A DNA stretch of 50,912 nucleotides from Elusimicrobiota bacterium (GTDB lineage Bacteria; Elusimicrobiota; Elusimicrobia; UBA1565). A program made the translations under genes and the position numbers. Positions 18,833 to 28,801 of this stretch are shown piece by piece; position 1 is the stretch's first letter; every line of letters starts with the position of its first letter. The stretch covers positions 1 through 50,912 of the forward strand of contig JBDRPD010000033.1 of the NCBI GenBank assembly GCA_043827405.1. The letters are read 5' to 3'. The notes below the pieces were generated by a model. It was not told the origin of the DNA, did no database searches, and saw nothing but the letters and a program-made list of their open reading frames with translations.

Positions 18833-21800
18833 ATGAGAACAGCATCCAGCCTCCTGTCCGCTCTGTTAGCCGCCGTCCTGGCGGCGCCGGCTGCCGCCGG
18901 TTTGCGGGAAGCCGACGCGAACTTCGATAAAGGGCTCTACCAAGAGGCGCTCAAGGAATACGAGCTTTTGTCGGCCGCCGCGAAAAAAGAGACGCGGTGG
19001 AGGGCGCTTTACCGCGCCTGTGAGTCCGAGGCTTTGCTGTTCCGCTACGGCAAGGCCGTGGAGCGCCTGCGCAAGGTCGAGCTGCCGAAAGCGCCGGCAT
19101 GGCGCGCGCGCTTCCTGCTCCTGCGGGCCGAGATGCACCGCGAATACCTCAAACAGTACGGTCGCGGCCAGCACGCTGATGTCGTGGAGGACGCCGCGGA
19201 GGTCTACCGGCTGACGCCCAAACAGCTGCGCTCCGAGGTGGAACAGGCCTATTGGGAAGCTTGGGGGCTGCGCAAGAAACTGGTCGACCAGGAAATCGAA
19301 GACGAGAAGTACTTCGTGGATGTGGAGAAGGCCGACCGCGCGGTGTATCCTACTTTTTTGGATTTCCTCATCCACCGCTGGAGCGGCTATCTCCTTGACG
19401 AAGCGGAGCTCCCCCAGGATCAGGCCAAGCCTAAGGCCATCTCTTTCGCCGGCCGCGCCTATGGGAAAAAGGTTTCCCTTTCCGCCCATCCGACGGCGCT
19501 GGCCGGAGCGATCATGGAGGAGGGGTGGCTGCTGAAGGGCGAACCCGGCCGCCGGCAGGCCCGGGAGCTGTGGCGCCTGCGGCGGCTCATGCTCGGTTTT
19601 CGCCATGGCGGGAGAGTGCTCCCTTTCGCGGATCGCGAAAAAGCGTCGCTCGCCGCCGCCGAGCTGTTGAAAAAATGGATGGAGGAATTTGTCACGCCCG
19701 GCGGCCGCGCCGCCGCGGCCTATGAGGCGGCCGAGCTGTACAACGGCAGCGCGCGCTTTGACGATGCGGTCGCGCTATGCGAAGAGGCGGGCAAGCGCTG
19801 GCCGGACACGCGGGGCGGCGAGAAATGCGAAAAGCTCTTGGCGCAGATCCGGCGGCCGGACCTGGGTCTCTCGGCGCGCATCGTCCCGCCGCCCGGCGAC
19901 CAGGCGCTGACGCTGACTTCCCGCAATCTCGGGCAGGTTTACCTGCGCCGGTACAAGACCACCCCCGGAGATTTGCTCAAGACGGAGCGCGGCGTTTCCC
20001 GGCGTTGGGACAGCGATGAGCGCTGGAGCTGGTCACAGGCGCTTAACTATCCTTCCACCGAGCTTATTGAGAATTTTCTCTCGGCGCGGCAGCCGGACAA
20101 GAGCTGGACGGTCGCCGTTAAAGGCAAGAGCATCTACGACCATGCCTCGACCACCGCCGATTTGCCGGATGCCGCGCCCGGCGTATACCTGGTCGTGGCT
20201 TCCGGTGACGCATCGTTCGAGCCGGGAGCGTCGCTGCTTTACGGCGCGATCGTCAACGTTTCGGATATCGTTCTGGTGGGAACGACGGGACTGGAAGGCT
20301 ATGACCGGGACTTGATCTTCCGGCCGCAAGAGCCGGGCGCGCAGCGCATCCTGCCCGCCTTTCATTTCTACCTGCTGAATGGAAGAAGCGGTGAGGCCGT
20401 GTCCGAAGCGCCGCTGGCGCTGCGGCATTCCGTGGGCAATGGGCGCTGGTCCGACGCCGACTTGGCGACCGATGCGCTGGGCCGCGCCCAGTGGTCGGTG
20501 GCGGTGCAGCTTAATCCGCGTTCACCCAACTCTTACCGTATCGACCCGCTGGCGGAGCATCGCGGGCACTGGGCCTATTGGGCAAGCCCGTCGCATTTGG
20601 GATTCTCCGTGCCCTCGCAGATCCAGCTGTTCTCCGAAACCGACCGCCCGATCTATCGTCCCGGACAGACCGTGCGCTATAAGTTCACGGTGACCGAGCG
20701 CATTCCGCGCGGCTATAAAGCCTATGTCGGAACTTCGAAGGTCGATATCCGTATTCGGGACGCCAACTGGCAGGAGGTGCATAAGACGGCCAAGAAGGTC
20801 GGACCGGACGGGACGCTCTCCGGGGAATTCCGCATCCCCACGGGCCGGCTGCTCGGCAGCTACTCGATCCAGGCGCAGATCGTCGTGGCGGGACAGACGT
20901 ATTCCGCGTCGGCCTCCTTCGCCGTGGAAGAGTACAAGCGGCCGGAATTTGAGGCTTCGCTTGAAGACGCCGCGGGGGCCTGGCGTTTCGGCAAAGAAGC
21001 GAAAGTCGGCGGTAAGGTCCGCTATTACTTCGGCGGACCGGTGCCGGACGCGGCGATCACGTATAAGATTCAGCGTGAAACCTATCGCCCATGGTTCTGC
21101 TGGTGGTGGTCGTGGCGGGCGCCGTCGGGCGGGCGCCAGGAGGTCCTGCGCGCCGCTACCCGCACGGATGAGGATGGTAATTTTTCCTTCCCTTTTACCC
21201 CGCAGCCCACGGACCGCTTCGCGGAGGATTCGCTGCCGGCGCGCTTTATCGTCGAGATCGAAGCCCGCGATTCGGGAGGACGAACGATCAAGACCGAGAA
21301 GGCTTATCTTGCCGGCAGCAAGGCATACCTTTTCAAGTTGGAGCCGCAGGCGGGCTTCGCTGCGCGGGGAAAGGCGCACGCCGTGGAGGCGCGCCTGGTC
21401 AACCTCAACGGCGAGCCGCTCGCGGGTGAGGGCCGCTATACGCTGCATCGTCTGGAGGGCGATCCCGAGGCCGCGGACCCCGCGCCGATATGGGGCGGGG
21501 GTTTCCCGAGCAGCCCCTCGCTGGAGCAGGTATACAGTAAGGTTAAGAATGGTCCGGAGGCCGCGGCGGGACGGCTGTGGTTCAATAAGGAAAAGGCCGA
21601 TACGATCCAGCTGACGGGGATGGAGCCGGGCGCTTACCGGCTCACGCTCTATGCCGAGGACCCCTGGGGCGGAGAGACCGAGCAGTCGATTATCGTGCTG
21701 GCGGTCGACCCGCGGGCGCAGCGGCACCCGCTCAGGATTTATTCCCTGTCGCTTCCCGAACACCAGGAATACCGGGTGGGGGAGACGGCGCGAATGCTTA

Positions 21801-24800
21801 TCGGCTCAGCGGAGCTCGACGCCCTGACGCATGTGGAGATCTGGGGCGGCGGCTTTCTGCTGGAACGCCGGGCGCTGCGCGGCGGCGGCATCCGGACCCT
21901 GGAGCTGCCGCTGACCGAGCAGCACAAAGGCGGCGTGACCGTGCGCTGGTTCGGGGTGCAGAATTTCAAGCCCCGCAGCGGCGCGCTGACGCTCCGGGTG
22001 CCGTGGAAGGAAAAGGAGCTCAATGTCGCGCTGAAGTATGACCAGGTCCTAAAGCCCGGCCAGCAGGCGAAGTGGTCGGTCACCGCCGAGGATTCGCAGC
22101 GGCGAAAAGTGCGCGGCGAGGCCACGGTGCGCATGTTTGACCGCTCGCTCGAATACTATGCCAAGGAGATCAGCGCGCCGATCGAGTCCCTGTACGCGGC
22201 GCGGCCGCGGCCGAGCTCGGCGCGGGGCTCGCTGCATGCGCTGAGTTCGACCCATATCCGGATCGTCCGCGGCGTGATCAAGAAGATCTTTGAGCTGTTT
22301 CAGAAGCGCATCGAGGAGCCGCTGGCGCCGGCGCTGCGCCTCAACCGCAGCCGGGTCGGGCGCTGGGATATGATGTTCCAAACAAAAGGTTTGGCGATGG
22401 AAAGGGGAGGGCGGCTGGATGCGTCGGAGATGATGGCGGACAAGATGATGCCCGCTTCGGCGCCGATGGGGGGAATGGCGAAGAAGTCGATGCGCCGTTC
22501 AGAGGCTGCCGCAGCGGAGCCGCTGGACCCGCCGGCGCCGGAGGTTCAGGTCCGCAAGGACTTCTCCGAGACCGCGGTTTTTGCGCCGCACTTAAAGCTG
22601 CGCGCCGGGGTCGGCGAGTTTTCCTTCAAGGCGCCCGAACGCCTGACGTCCTGGCGGGTGTCGGGGCATGTTATAACGAGCGATGTGAAGTTCGGCCGCT
22701 TTTCGCAAGAGGCGGTTACCAAGAAGGAGCTCATGGTGCGGGTGGAAACGCCGCGCTTCTTCCGCGAGGGCGACCGGGGCACGCTCAAGGCGATCGTGCA
22801 CAATGAGACCGATTCCATAATGAGCGGCGAGGTGACGATCGCGGTAAGCCGGGACGGCCGGCCCGCCGCCTCCGAGCTGGGGCTCAAGACGCTCGGCCGC
22901 CGCTTTGCAGTTAAGCCGCATGGCCTGCAGGCCTTCTCCTGGAAGATCGAGGTGCCCGGCGGGATCGCGACCTACAAGGTCCAGACGATCGCCCGCGCCG
23001 GCGAACGGGTCGACGCCGAGGAGCGGGAGCTGCCGATTTTCCCGTCGCGCCAGCGTCTGATCGAGAGCCTGGTGGTGGCGCTTAACGGCGACGTCAAAAA
23101 GACGCTCGAGCTCAAGAGCCTGATCGAGAAGGATCCCTCGCGGATCAGCGAGCTGCTGCAGCTGCAGGTCGATCCGCAGCTGATACTGACGGTAATGAAC
23201 TCGCTGCCGTTTCTGGTGAGCTATCCCTACGAATGCGTGGAGCAGACTCTCAACCGTTATGTGCCGCTGGCGGTCGTCCACGCCCTGTACGGGAAGCATC
23301 CGGCGCTGGCCCAGGCGGCGGCGAAGCTCCCGAAGCGTCAAACCATTACGCCGGCCTGGGAGAAAGACGACCCCAAGCGCATGACGCAGCTCATGGAGAC
23401 GCCGTGGGTTCAGGCGTCGCAAGGGCGCGAGAGCTTTTGGCCGATCATCGACCTCTTTAATGCCAAGACGGTCGCCAGGCAGAAGAAGGATGCGCTGGAG
23501 AAGCTCAAAGCCGCCCAGCTGCCCGGCGGCGGCTTTCCGTGGTTCCCCGGCGGGCGGGCCGACCCCTATATTACGCTGCTTGTCCTGGCGGGTTTTTCCG
23601 AGGCGCAGCACTACGGCGTACCGGTTCCGGAAGACGTCGTCCGCCAAGCCCTGAACTACCTGATGAATGAGATCCCGCTGCATCTCAAGCCCGAAGAGCG
23701 GGATGTCGCGCTGCTCCTCTACGCCTCCTACGTCGTGACGTCCTTTCCCGAAGCGTTGGGGAAGACCGACATCCGCGAGTTCGGCCGGGCGCGGCAGATG
23801 GCCAAGGCCTGGCTCGATTACGCCGATAAGCACTACCAGGCCATGACCCAGCTGGGCAAGGCCTATGCCGCCTATGCGTACTGGCGGCTCGGCGATAAGC
23901 AGAAGGGCGACCTGTATCTCAAGCGCGCGATGGACGGCGCGCGCGAGGATGAGACCGCCGGGGTCTACTGGCAGCCGGAGAAGAACTCCTGGCTGTGGTA
24001 CAACGACACGCTGGAGACGCACGCCTTCATTACCCGGGCTTTGCAGACGCTGCGGCCCAAGGATAAGCGCATCCCGGGCCTCATCCAGTGGATGATTTTC
24101 AACCGCAAAGGGACCGAATGGAAGTCGACCAAGGCTTCGGCGGCGGCGATCTTCACTTTGCTCGACTTCATGAAGCGCCGCGGGGCGCTGGACAAGGGCG
24201 ACAGCTACGCGGTCGACTGGGGCGGGGTAAAGGACAGCGTCCAGGTGGAGCCCTACGACTGGCTGGCCAAGCCGCTGCGCTGGACGAAGAGGGGCGCGGA
24301 TATCACGCCGGCCGAAGCCCGGCCCCGGGTCGATAAGAAAGGTCCCGGACTCGCCTTCGCTTCCGTCACCCACATCTACTCGACCGAAAAGCTCGCCGAG
24401 GCCTCCAAGGAAGGGATGCTTAATGTCCGGCGGAAGTTCTACCGCCGGGTCAAGCAGGGGGAAGACTATCATCTCAAGCCCTTGAAGCGCGGCGACACGG
24501 TCCGCGTCGGCGACGAGATTGAGGTGCGGCTGACGATCAATACCCGCTCGCAGTTCGAGTACGTCCATATCAAGGATCCGCGCGGCGCGGGCTTTGAAGC
24601 CGAGGAGCTGCGCTCGGGGTGGAAGTGGGACCGGCTTGGCCGCTACGAAGAGCCGCGCGATTCCCTGACCAACTTCTTCGTTTCCTGGCTGCCGCACGGC
24701 GAGTACGTTCTGCGCTACCGCGTACGGCCGACGACGCCGGGCGAGTACCGCATCGGCGCCGCCGTAATGCAGTCGATGTACGCGCCCGAGTTCGCGGCGC

Positions 24801-24841
24801 ATTCTTCGGGGTTTACGCTGAAGGTTGAGGAAGCGCCGTAA
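18833..24841 (+). CDS. Bacterial alpha-2-macroglobulin family protein
   Basis: Signal peptide; TDRPIYRPGQ, VEEYKRPEF, VRKDFSETA, PRFFREGD, thioester YPYECVEQ (Cys codon at 23234), C-terminal QSMYAPEF. Confidence 0.93.
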   Translation: MRTASSLLSALLAAVLAAPAAAGLREADANFDKGLYQEALKEYELLSAAAKKETRWRALYRACESEALLFRYGKAVERLRKVELPKAPAWRARFLLLRAEMHREYLKQYGRGQHADVVEDAAEVYRLTPKQLRSEVEQAYWEAWGLRKKLVDQEIEDEKYFVDVEKADRAVYPTFLDFLIHRWSGYLLDEAELPQDQAKPKAISFAGRAYGKKVSLSAHPTALAGAIMEEGWLLKGEPGRRQARELWRLRRLMLGFRHGGRVLPFADREKASLAAAELLKKWMEEFVTPGGRAAAAYEAAELYNGSARFDDAVALCEEAGKRWPDTRGGEKCEKLLAQIRRPDLGLSARIVPPPGDQALTLTSRNLGQVYLRRYKTTPGDLLKTERGVSRRWDSDERWSWSQALNYPSTELIENFLSARQPDKSWTVAVKGKSIYDHASTTADLPDAAPGVYLVVASGDASFEPGASLLYGAIVNVSDIVLVGTTGLEGYDRDLIFRPQEPGAQRILPAFHFYLLNGRSGEAVSEAPLALRHSVGNGRWSDADLATDALGRAQWSVAVQLNPRSPNSYRIDPLAEHRGHWAYWASPSHLGFSVPSQIQLFSETDRPIYRPGQTVRYKFTVTERIPRGYKAYVGTSKVDIRIRDANWQEVHKTAKKVGPDGTLSGEFRIPTGRLLGSYSIQAQIVVAGQTYSASASFAVEEYKRPEFEASLEDAAGAWRFGKEAKVGGKVRYYFGGPVPDAAITYKIQRETYRPWFCWWWSWRAPSGGRQEVLRAATRTDEDGNFSFPFTPQPTDRFAEDSLPARFIVEIEARDSGGRTIKTEKAYLAGSKAYLFKLEPQAGFAARGKAHAVEARLVNLNGEPLAGEGRYTLHRLEGDPEAADPAPIWGGGFPSSPSLEQVYSKVKNGPEAAAGRLWFNKEKADTIQLTGMEPGAYRLTLYAEDPWGGETEQSIIVLAVDPRAQRHPLRIYSLSLPEHQEYRVGETARMLIGSAELDALTHVEIWGGGFLLERRALRGGGIRTLELPLTEQHKGGVTVRWFGVQNFKPRSGALTLRVPWKEKELNVALKYDQVLKPGQQAKWSVTAEDSQRRKVRGEATVRMFDRSLEYYAKEISAPIESLYAARPRPSSARGSLHALSSTHIRIVRGVIKKIFELFQKRIEEPLAPALRLNRSRVGRWDMMFQTKGLAMERGGRLDASEMMADKMMPASAPMGGMAKKSMRRSEAAAAEPLDPPAPEVQVRKDFSETAVFAPHLKLRAGVGEFSFKAPERLTSWRVSGHVITSDVKFGRFSQEAVTKKELMVRVETPRFFREGDRGTLKAIVHNETDSIMSGEVTIAVSRDGRPAASELGLKTLGRRFAVKPHGLQAFSWKIEVPGGIATYKVQTIARAGERVDAEERELPIFPSRQRLIESLVVALNGDVKKTLELKSLIEKDPSRISELLQLQVDPQLILTVMNSLPFLVSYPYECVEQTLNRYVPLAVVHALYGKHPALAQAAAKLPKRQTITPAWEKDDPKRMTQLMETPWVQASQGRESFWPIIDLFNAKTVARQKKDALEKLKAAQLPGGGFPWFPGGRADPYITLLVLAGFSEAQHYGVPVPEDVVRQALNYLMNEIPLHLKPEERDVALLLYASYVVTSFPEALGKTDIREFGRARQMAKAWLDYADKHYQAMTQLGKAYAAYAYWRLGDKQKGDLYLKRAMDGAREDETAGVYWQPEKNSWLWYNDTLETHAFITRALQTLRPKDKRIPGLIQWMIFNRKGTEWKSTKASAAAIFTLLDFMKRRGALDKGDSYAVDWGGVKDSVQVEPYDWLAKPLRWTKRGADITPAEARPRVDKKGPGLAFASVTHIYSTEKLAEASKEGMLNVRRKFYRRVKQGEDYHLKPLKRGDTVRVGDEIEVRLTINTRSQFEYVHIKDPRGAGFEAEELRSGWKWDRLGRYEEPRDSLTNFFVSWLPHGEYVLRYRVRPTTPGEYRIGAAVMQSMYAPEFAAHSSGFTLKVEEAP

Positions 24842-24866
24842 TTTGCGACAATAGCTCTAAGGAGCT

Positions 24867-25709
24867 ATGCGGGTCCTCACCTTCAACTGCTGCGCCCTTC
24901 CCGTGCTTACCGGGGATATTCCGGCCCGGCTGCGGCGGCTCGGGCGCGAACTCGTTGTCCTGGCGCCCGATCTGATCCTGCTCCAGGAGGTGTTTCTCGC
25001 CCGTCACCTGCGTCTCCTGAAGCAGGCGCTCAGTTCCTGGCCGTACAGTTTTTTCGGGCCGCGCACGCTGCGGCGGCATGCCGGCGGGCTCGCGATCTTC
25101 TCCCGCTATCCGCTTACGGGCGCGAAGTTCTTTCTCTACCGCGAGCAGGGTTCCTGGATCCGCTATTCGGCGCTGGCCAAGTTCAGCGGCAAGGGCTATA
25201 TGGCGGCGCGGCTCCATCACCCGTCGGGCGCGGATTTTAAGCTGGTGCATACGCATATGCTCGCCGACTACCGTCGTCCGACCAAGACAGGCGCCGGACG
25301 GCGCGATCCTTACCAGGTATTTCAGCATGGCCAGATCGAGGAGCTGCGGGCGTTCATCGGCGGCATGGACCGCTCCGAGCCGGTCCTGCTCGCCGGGGAC
25401 TTCAATCTGACGCCGGCTTCCGACATGATGCGCCGCTTCCTGCAGAGAACCGGCCTTGGCGACAGCATGGCGGGAGTGCGCACGCCGAGCATCATCGGCC
25501 GCAAGTACTACCGGGTGCCCTTCAATCGCGCGCCGGAGAAGCGCCTCGACTATATCCTGCACCGCGGCGGCGGCAGCTGGCGCGTGCGGGCTCGGAAGTG
25601 GCGCTATGTTTTCGCGCGGCCGCGCAAGCTCGCCGATTCCCGCCGCGTCACGCTCAGCGATCATCGCGGCGTGCACATCGACCTGGAGGTTCGCCATGCC
25701 GGATGCTGA
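24867..25709 (+). CDS. Endonuclease/exonuclease/phosphatase family protein, neutral sphingomyelinase-like
   Basis: RVLTFN, DLILLQEVF, GGLAIFSRYP, HTHM, LAGDFN, RLDYI, LSDHRGV; SD AAGGAG. Confidence 0.82.
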   Translation: MRVLTFNCCALPVLTGDIPARLRRLGRELVVLAPDLILLQEVFLARHLRLLKQALSSWPYSFFGPRTLRRHAGGLAIFSRYPLTGAKFFLYREQGSWIRYSALAKFSGKGYMAARLHHPSGADFKLVHTHMLADYRRPTKTGAGRRDPYQVFQHGQIEELRAFIGGMDRSEPVLLAGDFNLTPASDMMRRFLQRTGLGDSMAGVRTPSIIGRKYYRVPFNRAPEKRLDYILHRGGGSWRVRARKWRYVFARPRKLADSRRVTLSDHRGVHIDLEVRHAGC

Positions 25710-27045
25710 CGCGAAGCGGACGGCGATGCTGCGGGCCTACGGCTGGCTGTTTCTGGCGTCCGGCGCGGTCTTTCTTGTCCGGCCCGCGCTCCTGACCGAG
25801 GCGCTCGGAATGCTGGCGGCCCATCTCCCCGGCGCCCGTCCGCCGGCGGGCGCCGCGCCGTCTCTATGGCTGGGGCTGACGGGCTCGATGATGGCGATGA
25901 TCTCCCTGCTGGCGTTCGCGCTGGCGCGCGATCCCGGTCAGGCGATCGCCTGGGATGCCTTGCTGCTGTCGAAAGGCTGCTCGACTTTGCTGTTCGCGCT
26001 GTTCGCGCTGACCGAACGCAATGCCGTATTCCTCCTTGGTTCGGCGGTGGATGGGCCGATCTTCCTGCATCTGCTGTATCTTCGCGTGCGGGCGGACGAG
26101 CGCTGCGGCGAGGTCGCGGCCGACCCCTGGCGTTCGCGCTTCGCGCGGCTGACGCCGTGCGGCTATGAGGTTTGGTTCATCAAGCTCAATGACCCGCGGT
26201 CGCGTGACGCCCTGTGGCTGCGCTATGCTCTGCGGCGCACCCCGGAAAAGGCGGAGGGTTCCTGCTGGTATGTGCTCTTTGACGCGGAAAATCGCCGGCT
26301 GGAGCAGGGACGATGGGAGGGCGCGCTTGCGCCGGCGGCCGCGGGCGAGCTTTGCCGCATCGGCCGGAGCGTCCTGCGCCGGGACGGCGCGCGCGCCGCG
26401 GGCCCGGATGCGAGCTGGGACATCGCCTGGGAGCCGGGAGCGCCGCCGCCGTTCTCGTTCGTGCCGGATATCCTCTACCGTCTCGGCGTCGCCGGCACGC
26501 TGTACGGTACGCCGCTGCCGTCCGGGAAGTTCCGCGGCGAAGCGTGCATCGCGGGCCGCAAGTTCGCGCTGGCGGATGCCGTCGGCGGCGTCGGCCATCT
26601 CTGGGGCCGGCGCATGGGGGACAACTGGCGCTGGGCGCATGCGGTATTCCCCGCGGAGGCGGCCGTCTTCGAAATCCTCTCGGCGCAGGGAAAGGCCGGA
26701 GGGCTGCGTACGCCGCGCTGGACGGCCGCGCACTTGTGGTATCAGGGGAAGCACTACCGTTCCGCCGGGCTGTGCCGCGGATTCTTCAACTCGACGGCCG
26801 AGGAGGGAAGAGGGTGGACGTTTTCTGCGGATTTCGCGGACTTCCGCGTCGAGGGAGAATGCTGCTGCGCTCCGGATATGGTCGCCGCGCTGGAGTACGC
26901 GGATGTCGACGGACGCCGGCTCGTCTGCCGCAATTCCAAGACGGGTTCTCTGCGCTTGTCCATTATCGGCCGGGACGGCAGGACGCTGGGACGTTTGGCG
27001 ACGAATGACACGGCCGCGGTGGAGACGGTCGCGGGCGCAATATGA
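25696..27045 (+). CDS. Membrane protein with C-terminal tocopherol-cyclase/lipocalin-like beta domain
   Basis: About four N-terminal TM segments, then YEVWFIKLND...ALWLRY...GHLWG...WRWAH pattern; SD GGAGG. Confidence 0.6.
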   Translation: MPDADAKRTAMLRAYGWLFLASGAVFLVRPALLTEALGMLAAHLPGARPPAGAAPSLWLGLTGSMMAMISLLAFALARDPGQAIAWDALLLSKGCSTLLFALFALTERNAVFLLGSAVDGPIFLHLLYLRVRADERCGEVAADPWRSRFARLTPCGYEVWFIKLNDPRSRDALWLRYALRRTPEKAEGSCWYVLFDAENRRLEQGRWEGALAPAAAGELCRIGRSVLRRDGARAAGPDASWDIAWEPGAPPPFSFVPDILYRLGVAGTLYGTPLPSGKFRGEACIAGRKFALADAVGGVGHLWGRRMGDNWRWAHAVFPAEAAVFEILSAQGKAGGLRTPRWTAAHLWYQGKHYRSAGLCRGFFNSTAEEGRGWTFSADFADFRVEGECCCAPDMVAALEYADVDGRRLVCRNSKTGSLRLSIIGRDGRTLGRLATNDTAAVETVAGAI

Positions 27046-27401
27046 CGAGCTCGCTGCAGCACTACGCCAGCGCCTATGCGGCGCTGGCCGGCCGTGAAGT
27101 TTCCGCGGACGATATTCGGCGGCGGACGGCCGCCATGCCGCCGTGGGCCCGCGGCGTCGCGCGGGCGAGCGCCTGGGCGATCCGCTGGTGGGCGCCGCTG
27201 TTTTTTCTCGGCCGCTGCCGCCGGTTTGAGCAGCTCTCCGCCGAGGACGCCGACGCGCTGCTGCGGCGGCTGCAGTTCACGCGCTGCCGTATGGTCCGCG
27301 GAGCGTTTACATTGCTGAAAGTAATCGTGCTTCCCGCCTGCTACGGGCGGAAGGATTTTCTTTCCAGCATAGGCTACTCGCTCACGGAGAGACCGCGGTG
27401 A
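27042..27401 (+). CDS. Small helical partner of the GMC oxidoreductase (gluconate 2-dehydrogenase subunit 3-like)
   Basis: RRFEQLSAEDADALL, LKVIVLPACY...IGY pattern; ATGA/GTGA coupling to both neighbours. Confidence 0.6.
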   Translation: MTSSLQHYASAYAALAGREVSADDIRRRTAAMPPWARGVARASAWAIRWWAPLFFLGRCRRFEQLSAEDADALLRRLQFTRCRMVRGAFTLLKVIVLPACYGRKDFLSSIGYSLTERPR

Positions 27402-28801
27402 AAAATCCCGATGTCGTCGTCGCGGGCAGCGGCGCCGGCGGCGCCGCCGTCGCCGGCCGGCTGGCGGCCGGCGGCGCCCGGGTGCTGCTGCTGGAGAAAG
27501 GCCGCCGCGCCAAGGCCCCCGCTGACGCGATGGACGCGGTCGCCCGGTATTATGCCGAAGCCGGCTGTACCGCGGCGCTGGGCAGCGCTCTTTTGCCGAT
27601 TCCAACCGGGATCACCGTCGGCGGCACCACGACGATCAACTCCGGAACCTGCCTGAAAACTCCGCCGGAGCTCCTGCGCCGCTGGCAGCGAAAATCCGCC
27701 GGGCGCTTCGCTGCCGCCGATTTTTCGCAGCGGCTCGATGAGGCCTGGAGCGCGCTCAAGGTCCGCCGCGCTCCCGAGAGCACGCTGAGCCGGTCTTCGC
27801 GCCTGGTCCTCGAGGGGCTGGCGCGCCTCGGCATCGCCGGCGGACCTCTCGACCGCTGCGAGGACGCCTGCACGGGGCTGGGGCGCTGCTGCTTCGTCTG
27901 TCCGAGCGGCGGCAAGATGACCTCCGATCGCGCCTTCCTTCAGGACGACGGGCCCGAGCTGCGTACCGGCTGCGAGCTGGTCTCGATCCGGCCGCCGCGC
28001 GCCGCCGGTGAGCCGGTGCGGCTGACCGTGCGCGGCGGCGGGACGATCGAGTGCGGCACCTTGGTGCTGGCGACGGGGGCGCTGGCAACGCCGTACTACC
28101 TGCGGGCCTGCGGCGTGAAAGCCGGCGACGGGCTCTCGCTGCACCCGGCAGCCAAGCTGTTCGCGCGCTTCGCCGCTCCGGTGCGGGGCTGGGAGGGCGT
28201 GCCGCAGGGGGTGGGTTTTCTCGACCCGGAAGACGACGCCGTGCGCTGCGAGGGGGTCTATACGCCGCCCGAGATGGCGGCGCTCACCATGCCGCTCGAG
28301 GGCCGCGCGCTGCGGCGCTGGATGGAGAGCTATGAGCGGGTGGCGACCTTCGGCTATATGATCCGCGATGATTCCCGCGGCAGCGTCCGCTACCCGCTGG
28401 GCCCCGCCCGGCCGCTGATCCGCTATGAAATGTCGGGCGCGGACCTCGCGCGGATGGGGCGCGGCATGCGCCGGGTCGCCCAGGTGTTTTTCGCCGCCGG
28501 CGCCGAGCGCGTCGTGCTGCCCGTCAACCGGCCGGACTGCGAACTGGGAAGCGAGCGGGAGCTCGCGGAGTTCGATTTCGCGTCGCTGCGGCCGGGCCAG
28601 CTGCAGATGATGGCCTTCCATCCGCTGGGAACCTGCGCTATGGGCGAAGTAGTCGATGAGGATCTCCGTGCGGCTCCCGGCGTCTATGTCTGCGACGGCT
28701 CGGTCGTTCCCGAAAGCCTCGGCGTCAACCCGCAGATTACGATCTACTCCTTCGCGCTGCGGCTCGCCGCGCACCTCCTCGGGCGGCGGGCGGCCGCATG
28801 A
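27398..28801 (+). CDS. GMC family flavin oxidoreductase (long-chain alcohol oxidase-like)
   Basis: DVVVAGSGAGG, LLEKG, VGGTTTINSG, CTGLGRCCFVCP, FHPLGTCAMG, VCDGSV, GVNPQITI. Confidence 0.9.
   Translation: MKNPDVVVAGSGAGGAAVAGRLAAGGARVLLLEKGRRAKAPADAMDAVARYYAEAGCTAALGSALLPIPTGITVGGTTTINSGTCLKTPPELLRRWQRKSAGRFAAADFSQRLDEAWSALKVRRAPESTLSRSSRLVLEGLARLGIAGGPLDRCEDACTGLGRCCFVCPSGGKMTSDRAFLQDDGPELRTGCELVSIRPPRAAGEPVRLTVRGGGTIECGTLVLATGALATPYYLRACGVKAGDGLSLHPAAKLFARFAAPVRGWEGVPQGVGFLDPEDDAVRCEGVYTPPEMAALTMPLEGRALRRWMESYERVATFGYMIRDDSRGSVRYPLGPARPLIRYEMSGADLARMGRGMRRVAQVFFAAGAERVVLPVNRPDCELGSERELAEFDFASLRPGQLQMMAFHPLGTCAMGEVVDEDLRAAPGVYVCDGSVVPESLGVNPQITIYSFALRLAAHLLGRRAAA

Noticed and set aside
22592..24802. 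Long antisense ORFs (also 1608-3110, 16550-18169, 35149-36888, 39811-41493)
   Set aside because: Typical high-GC shadow frames opposite well-supported genes, with no family motifs.
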